Assembly (NCBI GenBank): GCA_037200905.1
Contig: JBBCGN010000003.1
Location: 1-41,283 of the forward strand
Length of the DNA: 41,283 bases
Direction of reading: 5' to 3'
DNA from: a bacterium
GTDB lineage: Bacteria > Patescibacteriota > Minisyncoccia > Phycocordibacterales > UBA9973
In this document: in pieces, positions 18,902-27,220 of the stretch
How the letters are laid out: each line of letters begins with the position of its first letter
Position numbering within the stretch: position 1 is the first letter of the stretch
The notes under the pieces: model-generated
What the model saw: the letters and a program-made list of their open reading frames with translations, nothing else
The model's database searches: none
Told to the model about the DNA's origin: nothing
Program-made: the position numbers and the translations under genes

Positions 18902-19452
18902 TCAATTGAACATGCTCATGGCCTTCTTGCTGCCCTTCGGAGTAGATCATCTCCACGGCTTCAGCCACTTTCTTCGAGATTTTTTTCAGTTCGGCGAGTT
19001 CCGGCGCCTTGAATTCTTTCAGCAGGAAATCGAGCATGGGCCTTCTCCCCCTGCGGTTTTTTTTCAACTTGCCCGTAGGCGTGTGAGGCGCGATGCCCAC
19101 GCGGATACGCAGGAAATTCTTCGGTCTTGAGCGATTTGATGATGGAGCCCAGGGCCGTTGTGCCCGCCGCTCGAGCGGTTTGAAGGAGATACGGCATGCG
19201 GCCGAGGGCGAGATCGATGTCGTCGTAGATGACGATGAGGCTGGCCAGATCCTTTTTCGACTTGATGAGCGGCGCCACCGCCCTTGCCCGAATTATTCAT
19301 GAAGGTATCCGGCGTCAAAAAATTTTATTTTGCTTGCAGTCTCGCTTGCCGCCAGCTTCTTCTCGATCAGGGCCGACGATAATCCGCCCGGTATTGTGCC
19401 GGGTATTTTCATATTCCGCGCCCGGGTTGCCGAGCCCTACCACTAATTTCAT
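18902..19452 (-). CDS. pth: Peptidyl-tRNA hydrolase; indels
   Basis: [46 protein letters not shown], ending AMSMFN*. Confidence 0.92.
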
Positions 19453-19553
19453 GCCCTACATGATAGCACTTCAGGAGCTCAATTCGAGAGGGTTTTTATT
19501 TCACCATACATTTTCGTTTCTTGTCAAGGATTTTTTTGTGATAGAATAGGGCC

Positions 19554-20180
19554 ATGTCAGAAGAAAAACTTTAGAGAAGCGCCACAAGGAAGCCCGGTAT
19601 CTCCCGGCCCCCCGGCCGTCCCGGCCGCAAAGACGGGCAGGCAGTCGTTCTGGGAACTCGCCCGTTTCGCCATCCTCGCCGTCATCATCGTCGTGCCTAT
19701 CCGCATGTTCATCGCCCAGCCGTTCATCGTCTCGGGCTCCTCGATGGTGCCGACCTTCGAAGACGGCCAGTACCTCATCGTCGACGAGATCTCCTACCGC
19801 TTCGACGCCCCGAAGCGCGACGATGTCGTGGTCTTCAAGTACCCGAACGACACCACCAAGTTCTTCATCAAGCGCATCATCGGGCCTGCCCGGCGAGACC
19901 GTGGACAATCAAGGGCAGCGATGTCTACATCACGAACGCTGAGCACCCTGACGGCTTCAAGCTCGACCAGCCGTACGTGGAGAATACTTCGGAGAACAAC
20001 ACGCACTTCGTGCTCAAGTCCGGCGAATACTTCGTCATGGGCGACAACCGATCAGCAAGCTCCGACTCCCGCTACTGGGGCGCCGTGCCCAAGAACCTGC
20101 TCATCGGCAAAGTCTTCCTCCGCCTCCTGCCCCTCAAGAACGTCGGCGTTCTTCCCGGCAGCTACGACCAGGGCGAATAA
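19554..20180 (+). CDS. lepB: Signal peptidase I; indels
   Basis: QPFIVSGSSMVPTF, FFIKRIIG, YFVMGDNRSASSDSRYWG. Confidence 0.93.
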
Positions 20181-20202
20181 TTTAACCGCATAACTCACAT
20201 CT

Positions 20203-20903
20203 ATGATAAAAAAAAACCAAACCCCGAGCCGCAAAGACCACGGAAGCGAAGGCAAAGAATAGAGACATAGCCTCGCCGAAAGGCATGCGCGGACATCACC
20301 GGCGAAGACTACTACAGCTTCCAGGGATTCTTCGAGAAAGGCCCAGGAGATCGCCGTCCTACTACGGCTTCAAGCCGATAGAGGACGGCCGATCCTCGAG
20401 CACGAGGACATCTTCACCTCGAGCATCGGCATCGGTACCGACATCGTCGACAAGGAGATGTACACCTTGAAGACCAAGGGCGGCGACCATCTAGCGCTCC
20501 GGCCCCGAGCACACCGCTCCGCTGATGCGCTCATATATAGAGCACGGCATGCAGACCATGCCCCAGCCGGTACTCTTTTATCAATACGGACCAGTTTTCA
20601 GGCACGAACAAGCCGCAGGCCGGCCGCTACCGCCAGTTCTATCAGTTTCGACCCTCGACGTGCTCGGCAGCGAGAAGAGCATCATGGGACGCCCCTCGTC
20701 CATCAAGACCGGCATGGCCATCCTCGAAGAGGCCGGCGCTGAAGGCCTGACCATCGACATCAACTCCATCGGCGACAAGGAATGCCGCGGCGCATACCTG
20801 CGCGAGCTCGTGAACTACTACAAGAAGAACTTGAAGGATCTGCCGCCCATCGATCGCGAGCGTTTGAAGTCCAATCCCCCTGCGCATCCTCGACTCGAAA
20901 GAG
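20203..20903 (+). CDS. hisS: Histidine--tRNA ligase, N-terminal half only (truncated at junction); indels
   Basis: PKGMR, GTDIVDKEMYTLK, LALRPE, GPVFRHE, GRYRQF, RILDSKE, then an abrupt change to unrelated sequence. Confidence 0.88.
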
Positions 20904-20999
20904 GCTCTTCTGCACCCTGCGCACCTTGCGGAGCATAGTATTGTTCTCTTTCGCGAGCTCATACGTCTCTTCCAAGAGTTTTCTGTCCTCCGAATCCAT
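20904..20999 (-). CDS. N-terminal fragment of a small CPR-type membrane protein, truncated at junction
   Basis: MDSEDRKLLEETYELAKENNTMLRKVRRVQKS with TGCTAGAAT 6 nt upstream; the expected TM helix is replaced by antisense hisS. Confidence 0.6.
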
Positions 21000-21075
21000 G
21001 GCGAAATTCTAGCATAAAACAAATAAAAAACCAATTGGGAATTGATTTTTTATGTGCTAGATTATATAGGCGTTT

Positions 21076-21147
21076 GCCCTCATAGTTCAATGGATAGAAC
21101 AGTTCCGTCCTAAGGAATAGATCCCCGTTCGATTCGGAGTGAGGGCA
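21076..21147 (+). tRNA. tRNA-Arg(CCT)
   Basis: Acceptor GCCCTCA/TGAGGGC, D arm GTTC/GAAC, anticodon stem GTTCC/GGAAT with loop GT-CCT-AA, T loop TTCGATT; CCA not encoded. Confidence 0.92.
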
Positions 21148-21157
21148 CAAGATTCGA

Positions 21158-22041
21158 TCAGGAGAGGACCTTGCTGAACAATTTCCTGTCAAAACCCAAT
21201 TTCATCCATTCTTGGGCGATTGATTTAAGATTTGCCCCAGGCTGCGCATTTGCAAATTTTTCAAAACTTTCTCGGACTTTTTCTTGTATGGCTTGATCAT
21301 GAATGAATTCATCTCCTTCGATAATATGGCGTTCTTTGAGTTCTTTCAAGAAATTACCGAGTATGGAAGCTAAATCTAGTTCTTGGGAATTTAAAATTAT
21401 TCGATATGCATGTGTATAAGCAGTTTCCTTGATAAGCGGATCTGCAATAATTTTTTCTTTGTCTAATGTCAAACCGTCATCAGAAAATTTAGACCAGAGA
21501 GCGATGGAATGATCAAAGTTCTGTATGAATGAGCGAAAGTTTGAGTGAGCATCTGCCCCTTTTCTTGGCAACATAGATATGTCTAGGGAAATCTTCTTAA
21601 TTATTTCAAGATGAACTTCAGGACTATTGATGATTCCGGCTACGTCTTTATGTTCTTCTTTTAGTTTATTAATGTACACCCTAAAACCTCTATCTCCATA
21701 TTTAATGGCTCCTGATGGACTATTTTCCTGTTCATTTTTCATATCTCTTGCCATTTCAGAAAAAGCCGCTTCCAAAGTGCTTTTTGGAAGAATATCTTCT
21801 CCTTCTGGAGTGCTTCATATGCTTCTATAATCAAGCGTGCTATTTCCGAACCTTCACGATTCTGATGGTCTACTTTATCAGGGTTGTAAAAAAGCATCGT
21901 ACGGCGATACGCTTTTTTAATTTCTTCAGGTGAAGCACCCTTGACAATACCGAGGCGTTGCCAATTATCCATCTTTTCAAAATCTTTTAATCCTAATTTC
22001 TTTTGCTCAGTCTGGTTGTTAGATATAGGGGATTTTTCCAT
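21158..22041 (-). CDS. AT-rich protein with N-terminal J-domain-like region (NPD in place of HPD); probably one gene split by a frameshift at ~21740-21815
   Basis: DNWQRLGIVKGASPEEIKKAYRRTMLFYNPDK...ARLIIEAYEAL; overlapping ORFs 21739..22041 and 21158..21775. Confidence 0.65.
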
Positions 22042-22064
22042 GGTATTGTATTAGATCTAAGTAA

Positions 22065-22298
22065 TTACAACCCTAAGGCTTGAGCTATCTTCGGCTTGTC
22101 GAAGCCGACGGTGATGTCGCCGTCGATGATGATAACAGGCACGCCCATCTGGCCGCTCTTGTCTACCATCTCCTTTCTGCGATCAAGATCAGCGGCTACG
22201 TCGTAGTCGGTGAAAGCTATATTGTTCTCGGTGAAATAATCCTTTGCCGCATGGCAGAAGTGACAGGTCGGTGTCGAATATATTGATACGTTATGCAT
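22065..22298 (-). CDS. Glutaredoxin-like protein (NrdH/YruB type)
   Basis: IYSTPTCHFC, SGQMGVPVI, VGFD. Confidence 0.92.
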   Translation of the reverse strand: MHNVSIYSTPTCHFCHAAKDYFTENNIAFTDYDVAADLDRRKEMVDKSGQMGVPVIIIDGDITVGFDKPKIAQALGL

Positions 22299-22403
22299 GT
22301 GATTTTGCAAATCGCTTCGCGCAAGTCCATTTGGCGCGAAGCAATCGGTTACCTATTTCTAATAGTTCTATTATATCATAGTCTCTAAGAAAACTTATAA
22401 TTA

Positions 22404-22431
22404 TTGACAATAAAAAATTGTGTGCTAGTAT
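22404..22431 (+). promoter_or_regulatory. Sigma70 promoter TTGACA-16-TAGTAT (extended TG)
   Basis: Read directly upstream of ORF 22471. Confidence 0.6.
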
Positions 22432-22470
22432 TTATTGGAAAATCTTTGTCATTAATTAAAACTTAAAACA

Positions 22471-22953
22471 ATGATGACCATATTGATGTATCCCTACTAT
22501 TTCTACCAATACTGGAGAAATACGCTGTATATCCTGCGAAACAGGAAAGCAATAAATTACCTCCTGAACAGGAAATTTCAAATGGACAGATTCCGATATT
22601 CAGTTCTCTGGATACGAAGCCTGAATACCATACCTGCACAGGTTGGTGATTATCGACTCAAAGAACAAATTCCGATACTTTATGGAGCGAAGGAAACGAA
22701 GAGTATTGCCTTTATCCTTTCAGTTTTCTTCTGCGGAATCGCTTCCTTTATTCCAATCCTGAACAGGTCGTTGATGAGAAAAGCATATGCAATCGATGCG
22801 GAATATGATACATATTTCCCTGATTTTTATAATGCTTTCTACTTCACTGCCAAAGAGTACGCTGCAGGCAAAGAAAAACAAATTAGAATGAGTAATTATC
22901 CATTTGAAACGGGTCTCCGCCCAAAGCAGATAGAACTTTGGGGGATAGTGTAA
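22471..22953 (+). CDS. AT-rich hypothetical membrane protein
   Basis: 160-aa ORF with one hydrophobic segment, its own promoter and terminator. Confidence 0.65.
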   Translation: MMTILMYPYYFYQYWRNTLYILRNRKAINYLLNRKFQMDRFRYSVLWIRSLNTIPAQVGDYRLKEQIPILYGAKETKSIAFILSVFFCGIASFIPILNRSLMRKAYAIDAEYDTYFPDFYNAFYFTAKEYAAGKEKQIRMSNYPFETGLRPKQIELWGIV

Positions 22954-22988
22954 AGTATTCAAACGCCCTTAAGCAGTATTTATCTTTC

Positions 22989-23022
22989 AAACCTTCCGAT
23001 CCTTTCGGGAGGTTTTTATTTT
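22989..23022 (+). terminator. Intrinsic terminator
   Basis: AAACCTTCCGA/TCGGGAGGTTT stem followed by TTATTTT. Confidence 0.7.
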
Positions 23023-23023
23023 G

Positions 23024-23094
23024 TGCGGGATGCGGGAATCGAACCCGCGTCTCAACCTTGGGAAGGTCGCATCATGCCACTAAACTAATCCCGC
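23024..23094 (-). tRNA. tRNA-Gly(CCC)
   Basis: Acceptor GCGGGAT/ATCCCGC, anticodon stem CGACC/GGTTG with loop TT-CCC-AA, T arm GCGGG-TTCGATT-CCCGC; CCA not encoded. Confidence 0.92.
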
Positions 23095-23101
23095 CTATAT
23101 A

Positions 23102-23479
23102 CTATTTGAACCAATTTTTCACAAAAGTCCAAAATTTCGAAGTATCAGCCGTCTGGCTCTCGGCCGGCACGGCCTTGTCGTCCACCACGACGATCATGCC
23201 CTCCCCGTCCTTCACCAGGCCGAATTTCTCGCGGATAGACTCTTCCACGCCCTCGTCCGTCTTCAGCTTGCTTATCTCCACGGACAGCTGATCCTTCTGC
23301 TTCTCTAATTCCGCAATTTTTTCCTGAGCGATTTCCTTGTTGCGGGCCGTCTCCTTCAGCTTTCCGAGAAAACTCACCAGGTTCGCGGCAAAGACGAGCA
23401 CCACGATGCCTAAAAATATCAATACTGGCTTTGATTGCATGATCCGGGCGAATCCGGTCTTCTTTTTGAAATTTCTCAT
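23102..23479 (-). CDS. FtsB/DivIC-family septum formation initiator
   Basis: Short cytoplasmic N-terminus, one TM, coiled coil, EESIREKFGLVKDGE. Confidence 0.85.
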   Translation of the reverse strand: MRNFKKKTGFARIMQSKPVLIFLGIVVLVFAANLVSFLGKLKETARNKEIAQEKIAELEKQKDQLSVEISKLKTDEGVEESIREKFGLVKDGEGMIVVVDDKAVPAESQTADTSKFWTFVKNWFK

Positions 23480-23573
23480 ACCCTGTGGTAGTATTAGTAT
23501 ATCAATAAACGAGGAGCATGACCAAGCTTGCTTGGTTGATGTCCGAGAGCAATTGATATATAGTAGCCTATAT

Positions 23574-23684
23574 ATGCTTTTCAATAAGAAACATCAAAAG
23601 AAGCTCCAGGTCGCCTGGGCGATCATGAGCGTCATCGTCATCATCGGCATGATCCTTTTGTACTCTCCTATCACGCAGAAATAG
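23574..23684 (+). CDS. 36-aa single-TM protein
   Basis: MLFNKKHQKKLQVAWAIMSVIVIIGMILLY; fills the gap between ftsB-like gene and lepA. Confidence 0.6.
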   Translation: MLFNKKHQKKLQVAWAIMSVIVIIGMILLYSPITQK

Positions 23685-23690
23685 CCGGGC

Positions 23691-25492
23691 TCAATTGTCT
23701 CCGCTCCGCATCATCTTCAGAAACACGTCCTGAGGGATGTTTACGCGTCCGCGCTCTTTCATCTTCTTCTTGCCCTTCTTCTGCTTCTCGCGGAGCTTCA
23801 TCTTGCGCGTGATATCGCCGCCATACATGTGCTGGGTAACGTCTTTCTTCATGCCGGAAACGCTGCGAGAAGAAATAATCCTCCCCAAGGCCTTGCCTTG
23901 GATCTTCAAAGAAAACATCTGCCGCGGCAGTATCTTGTGCAGGCGTTCTACTGCTTCTTCGGCTTCTTCCTCCACGCGTTTCGTGGAAACGACGCGGGAA
24001 AAGGCCGGCACCACTTCGTCGGCTACCAGCACGTCGAGCCTGGTGACGTTCGCGTCGCGCATGCCTTCGATCTCGTACGAGATGGATGCATAGCCGGAAG
24101 AGACGCTTTTCAAGTCATCGAAGAAATTGCGCATCAGTTCGCGGAGCGGCATCTTGAGCGATATGGCCGAGCGGCTGTCGCCGAAGTTCTCCGTCACGCC
24201 GATTTCCGCCTCGTGATCGAATAAGAGCTGCATGATGCCGCCGATATATTCCGCAGGACTGATGATCTTCACCGCTACCCATGGCTCTGAAACGCGCTCG
24301 ATATTGGCATCCTCGGGGAAGTAATACGGCGAATAGACTTTCTCTATCTTGCCCTGCTTGTTGGTGACTTCATATGGCGTGGTAATGACGATGCTCGAGA
24401 TACAAATTCGCGCTTCAAGCGCTCGGTGATAATCTCGAGGTGGAGCATGCCGAGAAAGCCCGCAGCGGAAGCCGCGGCCGAGCGAGCCGCTCGATTCTTC
24501 TTCATATGAAAAAGCCGAATCGGACAAGCTTGAGCTTGCCGAGCGCAGCCTTCAGTTCGGTTGAAATCATCCGCATCTTCCGGGAAAACGGAAGCCCATA
24601 CTACAGGCAGGGCCCGCATGTAGCCCGGCAGGGCCGGCAGCGGGATTCTTCGACATGGTGATAGTGTCTCCGACGGATGCGATGCCCGGCTTCTTGATGC
24701 CGGTGACGATATAGCCCGTGTCTCCGGAGGAATGCGCGTCGCGCGGGGTCTCTTCGGGGAGAAAAGGTGCCGACTTCGAGGGCGATGAATTTTTCCCCGG
24801 ATATGGCGAACATCAGGTTCTCCCCCTTGCCTACTTGTCCGTCGAGGATGCGCACGAAGACGATCACTCCGCGATGATTTGAATATTTGAAATCGAACAC
24901 GAGGGCACGCAAGGCATTGGCATCGTGGTACGTTTCCGAGGGCGGCGGTACCCGTTTGATGACTTCCGCCAGAAGATTTTCCACGCCCTCGCCCGTCCTG
25001 CCCGACACTGTCAGTATGTCTTCCCTGTCGCAATCGAGCAGTTTCACTACTTCGTCTTTGATATCTTCCACCCGCGCCAGCGGCGAATCGATCTTGGAAA
25101 GCACAGGGATGATGGTAAGGCCTCCCTCGCGCGCCATAGCGAGCGTGGTGAGGGTCTGGGCCTGCACGCCTTGCGTGGAGTCGACGAGCAATATCGAGCC
25201 TTCTACGGCCTTCAGGGCGCGGGAAACCTCATATGAGAAATCTATGTGGCCCGGGGTGTCGATCAGGTTCAAGACGTATTTTTCGCCCCCCAGAGAGTGC
25301 TCCATGCGCACCGGCTGCATTTTGATCGTGATGCCGCGTTCGCGTTCGAGCTCCATAGAATCGAGCACTTGGGTCACGCATTTTGCGCTCGGGAATAGTG
25401 TGAGTAATCTCGAGCATCCTGTCAGCCAGAGTGCTTTTGCCGTGGTCGATATGGGCGATTATGCTGAAATTGCGGATATGCTTCAGGTCCAT
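23691..25492 (-). CDS. lepA: Elongation factor 4 (LepA); indels
   Basis: [59 protein letters not shown]. Confidence 0.95.
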
Positions 25493-25522
25493 ACGACCAT
25501 AGTAGCAGAAATGGGCTTAATG

Positions 25523-27202
25523 CTAAAGCCCTTCTTCGGCCGGAGCGGCGATCTTGGTGCGCCAGAATTTTGAGCGCATGGTCTTTACGAGGTCCTGCAA
25601 TTCCTGATTCTTCAGGAGCCAGAGTACCAGAATGCCGGCGGCGATGCCGAAAATGCCTGAGATGAATCCTTGCAGGAACACTCCCCAGAATGTCGTCGTA
25701 CCGAAAATCGGCGAGAGGATATTGAGGCCGAGATACGCCACGCCGCCGATGAAGAACGAAGCACCGAGGCTCTGAAAAAATGTCTTGCCGAGGAAATATT
25801 CTCCCGGCATGAAATCGCGCTTCACCGCTACCCAGTGCAGGATGAAGTTGAGTATGGTGCCGACGGAATACGCGAGCGGCAGCATCAGGATTTCCGTCCC
25901 CGGAATATCGTTCACCTTGAACAACGACTCGATGAAATAGCGGAAATACGTGAAGTGCTCGAAGCAGTGCAAAAAGGTATAGGAAAGGATGATAATCAGC
26001 ACGGAACACAGGAAATTCACTATCAGCGGCTTCTTGGTATTGCCGTTGGCATAAAATGCGCGGGACAGAAGCGCCGTCATACCCTGGGCCAAGACTGAGA
26101 TGGAGAATACTGCCAGAGATGCAGCCACGAGCCTGGTATTGTCCCATGAGAAAGAGCCAGAGCCGAGTATGACGCGCACGATCTGGGCGCGGAGGACGAT
26201 GAAGAGGAACGTCACCGGCAGGGACCAGAAGACGATGGCCTTCCCTGCCGATTTGAGATTGGCCTTGAACTCGTCCATCTTGCCGAGGGCCACGGCCCGG
26301 GCCAGCACCGGGAACGTCGCCACGGCGTACGAGATGCCGATAATGTTGAGCGGCACCGATTGCAGGTTGAAAGAAAAATTGAAGACGGAAATAGAACCGG
26401 CTTTCAAGTACGAGGCAAAAGCGATGATGCAGATAAGCGCGATGGAGTTGAATGAGAGTCCGAGAGTGCGCGGCAAAGATATCAATACGGCGCGCTTGAT
26501 ATCTTTGAAATTTATCTTCATCGAGAATCTCGGCACGAAGCCCGAGATCGAGGATCCGATGGCCTGCAGGACGAAGTGCATGAATGCTCCGAGCGCGACG
26601 CCCGCGGCCAAGCCGCTGATGCCGAACAAGGGATACAGGAATATCACGCCGATGATGATGCCGAAGTTGTAGAAGATCGGCGAGAGCGAATACAGGAAAA
26701 ATTTCTTGAAGAGCTGGGTGACGGTGCCGAAGAGGCTCGAGAGGCCCATGAATATCGGCGACAGGAGCATGATGCGCGAGAGCTGGAAGACTTTCGCCTG
26801 CATTTCCGGCGAGAAGCCCGGCGCGATAAAGGATGCGAGATGCGGCATGAGGAAGTACGCGATCACCGCCACGAGCACCATCACGGCGAAGAATACCGTG
26901 AAGACGTCATTGAGAAATTTCCGTGCCGCGGGCGTGACCGCGCCGCCGTCCATCTTCTCCACGATGAACGGTATCAGCACGGTGATGGACGCGAGCGATG
27001 CGATGGAGATGAATATCAGGTCTGGGATGCGGAAAGCGGCGTAATAGGCATCGAGCATGGGCGACGGCCCGATGAAGTGCGCGATGGCGCGGTCGCGGAA
27101 CAGGGCGAGGACCTGGGAAAGGAGCGTGAAGATTCCCAAAAGGAGCGCAGCCTGATTGATGTTGCCGTATTCCTTGCTGAAAATCCTGAATATCTTCTCC
27201 AT
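25523..27202 (-). CDS. murJ: Lipid II flippase MurJ (MviN)
   Basis: DAYYAAFRIPDLI, multiple TMs, RAFYANGNTKKP. Confidence 0.9.
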   Translation of the reverse strand: MEKIFRIFSKEYGNINQAALLLGIFTLLSQVLALFRDRAIAHFIGPSPMLDAYYAAFRIPDLIFISIASLASITVLIPFIVEKMDGGAVTPAARKFLNDVFTVFFAVMVLVAVIAYFLMPHLASFIAPGFSPEMQAKVFQLSRIMLLSPIFMGLSSLFGTVTQLFKKFFLYSLSPIFYNFGIIIGVIFLYPLFGISGLAAGVALGAFMHFVLQAIGSSISGFVPRFSMKINFKDIKRAVLISLPRTLGLSFNSIALICIIAFASYLKAGSISVFNFSFNLQSVPLNIIGISYAVATFPVLARAVALGKMDEFKANLKSAGKAIVFWSLPVTFLFIVLRAQIVRVILGSGSFSWDNTRLVAASLAVFSISVLAQGMTALLSRAFYANGNTKKPLIVNFLCSVLIIILSYTFLHCFEHFTYFRYFIESLFKVNDIPGTEILMLPLAYSVGTILNFILHWVAVKRDFMPGEYFLGKTFFQSLGASFFIGGVAYLGLNILSPIFGTTTFWGVFLQGFISGIFGIAAGILVLWLLKNQELQDLVKTMRSKFWRTKIAAPAEEGL

Positions 27203-27220
27203 CCGCGTTCTGTCCTTAGA

